Source: Rhizodiscina lignyota
Lineage: Eukaryota
Assembly: GCA_010015805.1 (NCBI GenBank)
Contig: ML978130.1
Location: forward strand, 124,001 to 188,000
Direction of reading: 5' to 3'
DNA: 64,000 bases
The notes under the pieces are model-generated. The model was not told where the DNA came from. It searched no databases and saw only the letters and a list, made by a program, of their open reading frames with translations. Made by a program: the position numbers and the translations under genes. Positions within the stretch are counted from its first letter, which is position 1, and every line of letters begins with the position of its first letter. Shown here piece after piece: positions 12,876-24,600 of this stretch.

Positions 12876-13238
12876 ATGAGTCCCGAACCCGCCCAGCACC
12901 TGAAGCAAAAGTTAGCAATCACGCCGAAGACCGCGGGTCTGCTTATTGAGGTTGGCTTCAGGGACTATCGGGATCTTCGCAGTTCGTCCCCAGGGCTCGT
13001 GGTCGAGCAGCTCAAGGAGCTGGCGACTGTGACAGCTGCGCAAGCGGAGGGATACCGCCGCGGCTTGCGTAGAATGGTTTGGCTCGCCACCCAAGACGAG
13101 CCGGAAGAGCAGGCCAAGCTCAATCTAGATTGGACGCAAAAGGCTCTGAAAGCTAGAGGCATCTGGTCTGACGATTTCGATACGCTTACAGGGGAAGAGA
13201 TCAACCAGCGCATACAGGCTCGAGCGAGCAGCGTGTAG
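12876..13238 (+). CDS. Small helix-hairpin-helix protein resembling the Cdd1 / mitomycin-resistance McrB family
   Basis: Intronless 120-aa ORF; ITPKTAGLLIEVGFRDYRDLR (HhH-like, then LxxxGxxxxxDL) and RRMVWLATQDEPE..W resemble the family layout by eye. Confidence 0.55.
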   Translation: MSPEPAQHLKQKLAITPKTAGLLIEVGFRDYRDLRSSSPGLVVEQLKELATVTAAQAEGYRRGLRRMVWLATQDEPEEQAKLNLDWTQKALKARGIWSDDFDTLTGEEINQRIQARASSV

Positions 13239-13418
13239 AAAGCATGGGAGCTGTCAACGGGGTACGGGCTTCTTTCACTCCTAGACGAATTTCAGACAAA
13301 ATCTCACTCAATTCAGGCAATTCAAACAGTTTTTCGACTTCAGGCTTACGTGGATGATGGAGAGTCTAAAATACGAGATGAGGAATCAGAGGTCCTGAGT
13401 TAGAGAACGAATACAGCT

Positions 13419-15448
13419 CTACATGCCAAATTCCTCAGTGTGCAGAAACAATCCTTGCGCCCCTGTTCCTTTATGCACCGCTCTCTCATCCGACAAACAC
13501 GCAACATAATTCCTCACATGCGATGTGAGGGCCTTTCCTCCGCATACAACGATGCATGTCTCGCCTCGAGCAGCCTCCACCGGCGGACGAATAACATTGT
13601 CCATGTCTGGTCGCGAGTAGCAGAAGGCCAATCCCTCCGCGTCGTGCTTTTCGTCTTCATCAGTCAAGGAATCGTCATCCATACTATGCTTTGAAGCTTC
13701 TACGTTCTTGTGATCATGCTGCTGAGAACACTCAGTACCTTGCAAGAGTGGAGTACTTGGTATACACACGGCACTCACCGCGCAGTCACACGTCTTGCCC
13801 TCTGCATGAAGTGCACAGCATGGTGCTGTGAGTTCCACTGGAGGCGCATCTGCAATAGCATCATCCTCGCCACTGTCTCTTGTTATGGCAATGCGAATGT
13901 GAGCCTCTAGCCCTTTCGATCTAGCTATGCTGGCCAACTTTCTCAAATGGAAGAGGTAGCAGTTGCAGTGCGACTTGGTCCTCACTAGAAGAAGAAATTC
14001 TAATCTCCTGACACAACACCGATCATTGATGATACTGTCGAGAATCGGCAGCGTAAATGATGTGCCAGTCGATGCTGATATGAGAATTACTGTATCAAAA
14101 GTATTCCAAGAGACGTTCGATCCAAATGGTCCTTGTACGAAGACACGTGCAGTGGCAGCCTGACCACGTCTTGCGTGGCGTGATGCAAACTTATGAAGAC
14201 GGCTGGTAAAGCCCGAGTGGGAGCGGATGGTTAACTCTGCGGTATTGACGGTCTTCGATGTGTCTGAAACATAGTTATGATTATTGGATATCGTAAAGGG
14301 ATGTGATTCGATGTACCCGATTCGTGGAAACCAGAGATAAATGTGGGCGCCGGGATGCCAGCGGAAAGGAATGTCTTTAATTGAAACGTGCGCGATGCCT
14401 CCCGAAAAGGCTGTTAACTCTGCGGTGTATCCAAATCTAAGTCGTCTTGGTGCATGGATAGACCCTACGGAGTTTGTCCAGATGAGCCATAGCGTACGAA
14501 CTGTTCGATCGAGTGCCACAAATGAGATTGCCAGCCACACATATTGCATTGCGTAGCTCGGAACATGTTTGTAGAGAAGCCAAAGAAAAGCACCTATCGA
14601 TGCAAGGTGCAGAAGGAAGAAGATCTCGTAAGCCAGTCGACGGATAGGAGCAAGCCCAGTCAAGTTCATGAACAGCAGAGTGCCGCCTGCTGCCATCCCA
14701 TACTTGACCATGGGCATCATCTCCAGCTCCAGGGACACAAAGTCCGCTCTGGCCCACTCAGCCAGGAAGAAAGATGCATGGACCGTCACCGTGATAAGCA
14801 ATACTCTTGCTACCCATCGATGTAGCCAATTAATCCGTTCATATGATGATCCGACGACAAGCCCAATGAGGCTAACTTTGCCGCCGAGAAGTACGATGAA
14901 CGGTACTTGCATCACAGACATCCAGGCTGCTCGGAATCCGACCCGCTCGAAGTAGTACGCATCGTGAATAACAGAGTTTGTGAATGTCATGGCAATCAGT
15001 GTGACGATGTAAGCGATCAGGATGAGCGAGCGGCCGAGAGGTGGGGGTGTGAGCCATGCGAACCATTTGTTCTTGATGTAGAAGCCTTGCGGATAGGATA
15101 TTTCTCTCCAAAGGGCAGTGAGAGTTGCATAGGTACGCAAGAGATAACTACAAGGCCTTGCTGGGAATGAGGATGGATATGCTCGCTGTTGCCATTTCCT
15201 GCTCATGAGGAGAGGAGTTAGCGGTGTGTCTCGACCCGTCACAACTTCACTTTGCGTGAAAGGACGAACCTCTGCTGCGATATGACTTTACGACAGACGT
15301 TGGCGATAAAGCCCACTCCAATGCCAGCTCCGATGAGAGACCAGTATATTTTCGCAATATGGCTGTTCGTGGGCTCAAACATGCCTTGGGATGTGCTGTC
15401 CATGCCCATGCCGGACATGTCCATTCCGGACATATCCATTCCATCCAT
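13419..15448 (-). CDS. Ferric/cupric reductase transmembrane component (FRE family)
   Basis: SYERINWLHRWVAR heme His, YEIFFLLH, ESHPFTIS FAD motif, VQGPFG, LISASTGTSF, VVCG, LHTEEFG end; exon 1 15448-~15271 begins with a Met-rich tract. Confidence 0.92.
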
Positions 15449-16102
15449 CTTCAGATTGGTCCTTTGCCGTTGATGCTAAGTCTTAGGTTAATAAGGGGAA
15501 CATAAAAGAGCTAAAAAGCTGAAAAAGAAAGAGCTCCTATGATACAAGCTAGTCATTCATTCCCTCAGCCTGCGAGAGTGGACATTGTATTGTGAACGAT
15601 GCGACAGACAAAATAGAAGAAGCGAAACTAGCACAAGCATATGTCGGATAGGGGATGAAGTGAGATCAGTAGCTCGGAAAACTGTTCATGGACGTACAGG
15701 CGACTGCAGCAAATGAGCAAGATGTTGGGTAACGAGCCATGTGGTGGGAAGGGCCGCTGCAGTGAGCGTGCAAGCGCGGGCAGAACGCCATGGAAATTTG
15801 CGCACGCCCACTGGGATAGCAAGACAAGCTTTGGTCAAGCAAAGCTAAGCTCAGAGTAATGAAGGATGGCTGTTGCTTGTGTGGTGCTTGTATGTAGTTG
15901 AGCAGATTTTCTTTCCATTTTCGTCAAGTCTCCCCGGGGTCGTACCATCTTGGCCAATGAAAACTAGCGCAACACTTCACCACTTTCTGCAGCCGAATTG
16001 AGAACGCGGAACACGATGATATGAAAGCCCGCTCGGCTCACCTGTCTATCTGAGGAAAGCAGAGACTCTCCTTAATTCTGCCGCCGCCTATCTTCTCCCC
16101 CA

Positions 16103-16720
16103 TCACAGCAACTTGATAAGCAAGCCCGCAACGACGCCAGTGACTGCCAGCAATGACCAGACGCCGTCGATTGAGAAGGTAACCATCGCATCAGAGCCCG
16201 ATGAAGAAGCGCTGGGAGATACACTTGAAGTTAAAGAACCAGTTGCTGATGGAGATGCTGCTGCTGTGTCGAGCTCGTCGAAGGCTGGTACGGCAAGTAC
16301 TGCCTCCTCAGCAGCATCTGGCTCTGCTTCGGCCGCGTCCTCTAGTTTGACAGGAGATCCAATCAGTGCAACGCATGTGTAAATTTCTGTGCTGCCATCC
16401 TCGATGGTCTACAAGCGTTGACGATACACAGGAGTGTGGTGGGTCTCGTCATCGCAGATGCTTGCTTTTCCCGGTATGTAAGGTGTATACAGGAGGTTTC
16501 GCCTAATGTTGAGAGGACCTAGAACGCTGGTCTCCGGGTCTGTAACTAATTCCTTGTTAATTGTGATGTGTTATAGAATGCGGTCGAGCCATAGGTATCT
16601 TACACTTGCACCGGACTTCAGAGACCAGAGTAGACATAAACTGTCCCTGCTTCCCAGCTAAGGCGCCTGCCAAAATGTTCACATTTGTGAGGAGGGCGGC
16701 GAGGGTTCGAATAGATCTTT
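16103..16720 (-). pseudogene. Probable relic of a secreted GPI-anchored protein gene
   Basis: Frame ending at TGA 16105-16103 reads ..RQRL*TIEDGSTEIYTCVALIG..Ser/Ala-rich..SSSGSDAMVTFSIDGVWSLLAVTGVVAGLLIKLL (omega site plus hydrophobic tail) with an in-frame TAG at 16411-16409; signal-like SIRTLAALLTNVNILAGALA upstream lacks an ATG. Confidence 0.35.
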
Positions 16721-16741
16721 GACTCTGGTGGAATCAGATGA

Positions 16742-18862
16742 TCAAACAAGCACCACCCGACCACATACTTTCTCGTCAAATAGCTCGCCATACATTGCGC
16801 CGTGGATATAGCAATCGCCGACGAGCTCGAACTCGTTGGCCCTCACTGTCTTGCGCAGCACTAGCGGAACTCTGCATCCCTGAATTAGCCACACTTGGTC
16901 ATCTCTTTCAAGCTTCTTCGGTCCCAGTCCAAGGTAGCCCTTTTCGGTCCAAAACAATCTTCTCAACTTTGTTTCTTGAAGCACACCCAAGAACGCTTGA
17001 TTCTGCTGTTTGTTTGGAATCATTGTGCTCATGGAGCTAATAAACTGGTGTGCCGCGGGAGCCTTGTCAATCTTTGCCTTCCGTAGCAGTCTCTGTGCCC
17101 AACGCTCTTTTCGCCACGCACGGAACGCCTCTAACGCAAACTCCTGTCCTGCTGGCATGAAGTCTATGCATACAGTGCGCATGTATGCAACTTCCCGAGT
17201 TTCGTGAGTGAGTGAATATGAAGTTTGCAAATCGCAGTCGTCGGAACCGAAGACGAGATTGTCCCATGTAACTAACGTGTCCAGCTGATTAGAGACGTCG
17301 CCCAGCCATCCGTACGCGTACTTGTAGAGTTCGCGAAATCCTCGACCCGTTATAAGAAAATTATCGGTCTTTTCTTGGAAGACATCAACTTCCAAGGCGG
17401 CTTCAGGCAAGCTTTCGCCGAAAATTGTAACGCGATCGAGAAAGTATCCACGAAGAACCAAGCGGTTCTTCGGTTCGAAAATTGGTACAGGCACGGTTGA
17501 GTATCCAGACGCGTTGAAAGGTTTGGTGGGGAACTCGTCGTTTCCGTTATCTTCACGGTCATCGAATAGAGAGTCCTCCAACGTTGAGGTTTCGGTCCAG
17601 TCCGGGACCCATGATGGCAGTGAATAGGAAAGTTTTGTCGAGCTGCACGGGACGCTCAGTATATCAAGAGTATCGCAGGTCCTGAGGATCGCTTTGGCCA
17701 GGTCTATGTAAAGAGATTCGGTCGGTGTGCGATAATTCGGTGCCAGATGGAGCTCCTTGATCGGTGTAGTTGTGAGGCCAAACAGAGCATAAACTTTGTC
17801 TCGAGGATCTGTCGCATGGCACACGCGAAAGCTGCACAAGAGTTTGAGGAGTTCTAACTCGGGCGACTCGTCGGTGTCCTGCGCAGCGCCTAAACGGGCG
17901 GAATTGAGTTTGGACAGGGTGAGAAAGACTGTGCTGGTGCCATTACCTCCAACGTGGTATCCGACAACAAATGACGATATCGTGCCAATGAAGAAGTCCT
18001 CCCAGTCCATCTCTTGGCCTCCACAAGTTACGAGCACCTTTTTCGCTAGAGCCACCTCCTGAATTACCCAGACTCGCTCGAACCAGGGAAATCGTAGCAT
18101 CTTCCAGAGGGCCGCATTTTCGTCGTCCGTCGGCAAGACAATTTGCTCATCTACTACAGTATGGTCTCCCTGCCAGAGCAGAGCATTGATATTGAGTGTA
18201 CCATCAGTCAGCTTCGAGCCGACCGTCTCTACCATCCTTCGTAACATCATGAAAGCCTTTTCATCGCCAACAAAACCGTCACCAAGCCAAACAACTGTTC
18301 GTACACCACTCCGATAGATCTTTCCCATAATATTGACTTGCTCCTCGCGCTCCTGAAGGTCCTCTTGGTTGATCGAGATAGCATCGATCCACAGTACCCG
18401 GGGGGAATGAGGCCGACGCAAGTCTCTTAGAGCCGACTTTAAATTTTTCGTGACGTACAGACGTTTGCCATTACAGGTGATTGGTGACTTGGCCGATACA
18501 TCGCCCCAGCAATAGGAAAGAGTCTCATATTCGACGTCTAAAGTGGATACGTCGAAGACTACCTCGAGTGGTTCCCAGTCGCTTCCAGGAAGGATCTGTA
18601 CGAGCCGGACAACGGGTCCATCTAGCCAGGGTAGAGGTTCGTACTGAAGCTCCTCCAAATCGTCGTCTTCGAATTTCGGAACGAGCCATGCGTCCAGGAG
18701 TTGCTTTCGTCTCGTTTCCAATTTGACGAGTGCAGCCAATTCCGGGTTTGAGCTTTGCATCTCTTTCAGGTAGGCTTCGTACATGTCGTCCATGTAGTGC
18801 TGCCATGATGCTGAGGCCTTTTGAGTCAGTCTTGACCATGATGAAGACTTTGCTTGGGCCAT
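16742..18862 (-). CDS. Heterokaryon incompatibility HET domain protein (HET-6-like)
   Basis: VRLVQILPG, YETLSYCWG, LWIDAISINQED..ER..QV..MGKIY, WFERVWVIQEVALA, ATDPRDKVYALFGL, LPSWVPDW, LVGDCYIHGAMYGE; frame is open to 19138, first ATG at 18862. Confidence 0.93.
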   Translation of the reverse strand: MAQAKSSSWSRLTQKASASWQHYMDDMYEAYLKEMQSSNPELAALVKLETRRKQLLDAWLVPKFEDDDLEELQYEPLPWLDGPVVRLVQILPGSDWEPLEVVFDVSTLDVEYETLSYCWGDVSAKSPITCNGKRLYVTKNLKSALRDLRRPHSPRVLWIDAISINQEDLQEREEQVNIMGKIYRSGVRTVVWLGDGFVGDEKAFMMLRRMVETVGSKLTDGTLNINALLWQGDHTVVDEQIVLPTDDENAALWKMLRFPWFERVWVIQEVALAKKVLVTCGGQEMDWEDFFIGTISSFVVGYHVGGNGTSTVFLTLSKLNSARLGAAQDTDESPELELLKLLCSFRVCHATDPRDKVYALFGLTTTPIKELHLAPNYRTPTESLYIDLAKAILRTCDTLDILSVPCSSTKLSYSLPSWVPDWTETSTLEDSLFDDREDNGNDEFPTKPFNASGYSTVPVPIFEPKNRLVLRGYFLDRVTIFGESLPEAALEVDVFQEKTDNFLITGRGFRELYKYAYGWLGDVSNQLDTLVTWDNLVFGSDDCDLQTSYSLTHETREVAYMRTVCIDFMPAGQEFALEAFRAWRKERWAQRLLRKAKIDKAPAAHQFISSMSTMIPNKQQNQAFLGVLQETKLRRLFWTEKGYLGLGPKKLERDDQVWLIQGCRVPLVLRKTVRANEFELVGDCYIHGAMYGELFDEKVCGRVVLV

Positions 18863-21676
18863 ATCGCAAGACGAGTCGCCAATTTGCTGGTAAAAGCAAT
18901 GCCGGTTCGCGCACGAAGCTGTCCTAACAAGGACCTTTCTGCATTGGAATTCGCAAAGGATTCTTGTGGAAAACTGCCCAGCAAATGTCCTGAGAGCTCT
19001 GAAGATAAATAGGAGTAGATCGAGAAGCCAGTTCTGGACTTGGCTCCATTTCAACGATGGCTGCGGTGCCCCCCCCAATCCAACCGCCCGCAACCCGAAC
19101 CCGAGCCCCCTTGCAAAATTGTCGCTTTCCAGAGTCACCCATAGCGCAGTATGGATCCCAACTATTGAAAAGGAGAGAGAAACTGATCTAACGCAAAAGT
19201 GGCGCGTTGGCGCTGAGCCAGGGGCTCAGGAGGATTTCAACCATCGACGTTTGATTTCCGCTCAGCTTTGGCCTTACCTGATAGGGAAATCGGGTCTTAA
19301 GGACGTGCGTGCATATCCCGTTACTTTCACGTGACTCCGATGACAGTGACGTTGATGGAATTTGGAAGATTAAGTGATGTAGCATAGGGCGGGTTTACGG
19401 CTGTCTGGTGTTGGTAATTACTTCAATTATGCGATAACATTTTGAAGTACATGAGCTGTTGTTATTCATGCGTGTGCTCCGTAGCAACAGTCCCGCATGG
19501 GAAATGCTTTAGACCGCGCCGCTGAACAAGACCATAGAAATTCACAATTAACACGTGCTTCATATACGCTAAAACATTTCAACTCACATTGTGTGGCAGT
19601 GGTAGAATGAAATGGTCTCTAGCGAGGAGCAAATCGACAGCTGTATACTGCCGCCCTGCTGACCCAGTAATAACAAGGCCACGAGGATGACCATATACCA
19701 ATTACGAGTTAGGAAGTTAAGTGCATGTGAGAAGATTCTCAACCCCAGAACAAGACGACGTGGTGCAATGTATACAGAAGCTCGGCGTGGAATACGGCGC
19801 TTTAACCCGGGCAAATCGTAAACTTGAACCAATCACATATCAAACAGAATCCGACGATAACCGAATAGGTGGAATTTTCATTTAGCATGGAGTGAATATT
19901 AAATACTGTGTAACGTGGCTCGGTCGTACGATGCACACAGTCAACTGTGCTCTTCATGAGAATAGCAGTGAAAAGATACTCTAGAAAGCAATCAGAATTG
20001 GAATTGAAACAACCCAAACTTGTAGATCGGATAGAAGTGCAAATATATGCGAACAGTCGATGTGCCAGATATGGGTTATTATATTACTCGGCATGTCCCC
20101 GCGACTGTCAAGCGTCGCTGCACTTGCTATCCTTGCGACAACGGAGACGACTGTAAGACTCGAAAAATTACTTATTGCAGTGCTTTTACTCTCTCCGCCA
20201 CGTTGTTCCACTGAATGTCAACTCTCGAGCGTTGTCTGCCCGACTCACTGCTGGAAGTCAGCCGTGCTTCGACGCTCCAGCGTTACATGAGACTCATGGA
20301 CCTCTTATTCGCATCCAGCGGAGGAAAATACACATGGACACCAATGAGGTTACGTTGCTCTCGCTGAACACTGGATTGATGTGCTTTTGACGACGATGCA
20401 GAGGTAAGCTGCTGCAGCGCAACTCAGCAATGGTGGAGATCGGCCAAATTCGCGATCAGCGGCCGTACTTAACCTACCAGAACACGGCATGGAACAGAGG
20501 TGCATTTAAAAGAATTTCGAGGCGAAACTCGGTCGCCGGAACGGTCGATGACCCAACCAGGTGGGCTAACAGGTGGTGACAGCTTCCGCCGCATGCATTG
20601 TTTGCCAGCGCATCAACGCGACGTGCAGGCAAGCTCCGCATTCCAGCCACTGGTCGAGCGCAACGTCAGGCGTTTGAAACCGACCTGCCTGAAGCGCTGC
20701 GTCTGCTTCATGTACCTTTTTCGACTCAACATGCGAGGGGCGAAGAGTGCTCTGCCATGGTCCGTGGGTCTGACGCCTCGCGCTGAGGCCGCAGAAGCGG
20801 TCGCATCTGGCAGATCATCGAGCCTCAGCGAGTGGCTGCTGCCCGTCACGCGAGAGATCTTGCAGATTGGCAGCTGACAGGCGCGGAATCTGCGAGGCTC
20901 GATCCCAAGCGACGCATCTCTGGCGCTGGAGAGTGAACGGAGCAGTGGGAACGCGGAGATGCGGCAGAGCCTGGAGCTCAGCACGCTGCATGGCTAGTCG
21001 CCCATGGGCAGCAGGAGCAACAGAAGAAGCCTTTCGGAGTCGAGGCGGGACCTGCAGGTGGATGAATGCGGTTCTCTTGCATGGAGAAGCGTGGCCTCTC
21101 ACACGCCCAACTGTCAGCGAGCTGTTGCGCATCCTTGCACGAACAGCCAGGCGCGCGCTGCGCTGCTGATTCGCCTTGCCACTGCCTGGGGCTGGCCGTG
21201 ATGTGCTGGCTGCCTGCAAGTCATCCTTTTGGGCGGCATGCGATGTTTTTGCCCGCGTCGAAGCAGAATGGACGGCGGCGCCCATCGCTCTCTTCTTCCC
21301 ATCCGTTCTCACGAGCACAGGGAGCAAGCTGTCTGTGTCTCTCTCGGCGCGCGCGCACTGGTCTGCTATAAGACGAAGATATAAGCCGGGATTTCCCAGC
21401 CTTCCCACTCGCCCTCCAGCTGACTCGAGACTTCGCGCGCGCCAATCAGGTGCCGCGCTCCGCTCTCTATCGATAAGGGCCGCCAGCACATCCACGCCTC
21501 CGCCAGCTCGCTGCTATACATCGCCCTCGAACCCGTCCTGATCGTCTCGAACGCTGCTCGACGATCTGCTCCCTTCAAGCTGCTCGTTTCGACTCCGAGG
21601 CCGCTGAGCATCGCTGCTCGGGATGGCCAGTTGACGGTCACGGACGCCCTCCACAGAGCGTCCAGCATATGGCACA

Positions 21677-24600
21677 ATGAGCCTCAGTCGACCAAGCTCA
21701 CCGGCCGTCGCCGTGTCGAGTCCTCGCTGTACGTCCTTCGATGGTGAACTTTCAGGTATAGCAAGAAATGCTGTAGTGCATTCTCTTGGATAGACTGCCA
21801 TTGCAAATCATTCGAGGCCCATGACAGCGCTAACAGTCGTCTGCAGCTCCATCGCCAACCCTTCCTCAACCTCCGAATGATGCCCAGCCGACACCTCACA
21901 AACATCATGGCGGTCCGGCAGAGTCTCTTCGCCGGTCCACAAGCATAGCACAATCTCTCAAGTCCGATGTGGAAGCATCCGATACCGGCGCACGTCCCAG
22001 GAGGACAGCCGTGTCTGAAGACGAGCATGCGAAGACTTCCAACAGGAGACGCGTCAAATCCTCTACTGGCTATAAACTGCCACGGCTACTCCCGTATGAC
22101 AAGTCTTTCTACTCGGAAGAATCTCTTCCCACCGCAGCCCTCACCACATCTTCCACGACACTGGCAGAACTCGCACACCTGATCCGTCTGCAGGGCTACC
22201 AAGAGAGGAAGAGGTCTCATGCTCGAGTGCGCTTGCATAGATGGCTTGTCTCCAACGCGCTCTCCTCGAGGCTGGTCCACTGCGGAGAGTTGTCCAAACA
22301 TCCTCTGATGGATGCATATCGAGCCGACGACAAGAGGGCCTTTGCCACCCTCTACAACGCAATCCATGACGTCCGCAATTCTTGCGACGCCACGCGACGC
22401 TTTTCGCTTCTTGAGCCTGATTTGGAATTTTCGAAATCACCCACCACCCAAGGTTCTGAAAAGCCGTATTCTGATAAGACGTTTCTGCATGAGATACCCT
22501 CCAAGACTCGAGAAGAGTTGCTTGCGTTTCTTTCTGCTTTACGCACAGATCCTGAATTTCTAGTTCAACGCCTCATATCTCTTACTGGTCCAGAAATTGA
22601 GACGCTTGCAAGCTTTCGTCCTGTCGTGGACACCTTTGCTGTCATGGCCCGTCCTGCAGCAAGAGGTAAGGTTCTGGGAGCCGGTGTAACTCAAAAGCCG
22701 CTATCCGGGCCAAGTTCAGTTGAGCGTCTCTTGTCTTTTCAACGCCATGATCCTTTGTCTGCGTTGTTCTATACTATTTTCGCAACTTCTTCTGGTCCAG
22801 ATTCAACCGAGGATTTGCGCCGGACTGAAGTATGGAGTACTGTCTGTGCCAAGTTGGTGGCCGATCCCAAACCCGGGAGTGAGAGGCTCATGCACTGCGT
22901 ACTTGATGCCTTTGCGGAGATGCGGGAGTGGCCTGGCAAGCAATCTTTGGAGCTCTACCTCATGCAGGTCCTGCAGGATGGCCAATTCATCCTGGAGAGG
23001 AGACAGGAACTGATGTTGCGGAGCAGACTTGAGCCTGATCCACAGGATGCCAAATTTGTTATCCGTCAAGACGACTTTTTCGAAGCGGTCGTTCATCGTT
23101 TGTTTGAAATCATTGACGACGAGCCATCTGCTGGTGGTATTCCAGAAGGCGTATTAGAGATTGGGACCGCAATTAATCGCAAAATCACGGAGAAGAAGCA
23201 TCGAGCAGTCTTGCACCGTTTTATCGTTCATCGTTGGTTTTTCGCAAAGCATTTAACGAACGCAATTGTTTATCCCGAGGTACTTGTGGAATCTTTCCGA
23301 TTTGCTAATTTTCATCATCATAAGCTAACCATCACCAGCACTACGGCATCATGATAGGTTATTACATAAGCGAATCTGCACGTAAGGCGATTTTGGAACC
23401 CATCGCAATTAAGGCTCAAAAGCATGTTCTTGATATGACTTACAACTGGTACGCGTTCATGAATTTCACTGTCCAAACGGTGGCTAATATCCAAAAGGCA
23501 ACAAAACGTCCCTGTGCCACAGGAGATACGTACCCACATTGATAGTGTTCTTGCCCGCTTCAAGCAAAGCCGGAGTTTGGCAAAACCAGTGCTTCTTCCT
23601 GCCAAAGCAATAACATCACCGCGAGAGACTGTTGATGTTCAGCCATTCATTGTTCTTTGTCCGTCAGACATCGTTACTCTCGTTAATGGATTATTCCCTG
23701 AACGCCGGCCCCCTTCAGGCCAGTTCGAGAAAGGCTTTCCGTTCATTCGTGGGGGGTTGGCCTCTGCAGGTTCGTCCATATCTGGGTTATCTGCTCCCTT
23801 CCCTCCAGCGTCTACTCCGGGTGATGGGAGCTCTGTTCTTAGTATGAGCGTGTCTTCGGTAACCAGTGACACAACCTCACGTGCTCCTTTACTTGACGAA
23901 TCTGACAAAGGGGCGTCACAAACATCGCTTGAGCTGGTACGAGGATCTGACCGAGCCAATCGCCCTTCGCCAACAGATGAATACGGTCAACGCTTACGTA
24001 TTGCATGCTCTGAGATGACACGTGTTCTCGGCAGCGAAGCAATGGCTGGAAATTGTCATCCTTGTGCTGAACGTTGGGCAGTGTTGTATGTCTCTCGAGA
24101 TGGCAAACAACTGCATCTCCGAGCTCGAAAGGATTATGAGGAGGATGACGATCCTGAGGATGATACTACCAGTAGCGATAGTGAGGAAGAGGGTGTCGGG
24201 GAAAGAATCGACCTCGCGAATGATTACCACCAGCTGAAACAGGCGATTGCTAAGCTCGTCGAAGAATATGAGATTCCAAAGGAGCTGGCACCCGAGAGCG
24301 AGAGCAAAGAATTCAGCAACCGGACTTCCATACACAGGAGCGAGAAGCTGTCACCAAGGAAGAGGGCAAGAGCTCAAGAAATCCCTGCTCGCGCTCCTTC
24401 CCCTCCTCCTTCAGCCCCTCCTGCAGAATCACAAACGGTGTCGCAGTCTAAAAATCCATACCTCAACGGAACTCAAAGTGTCATCACGAAGCTTCTTGCG
24501 CAAGCCAATCAACAACCTCCTTCCCGACCCGAGGAGCCAACCCGACCACCCCATGCTCGTACCAACAGCGACCCAGAGCAGCCTTCCCAAGCACCAGCGC

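Noticed and set aside
20500..21670. Many overlapping ORFs in a GC-rich stretch
   Set aside because: Arg/Ala/Ser-rich translations typical of GC-rich promoter or 5' UTR sequence
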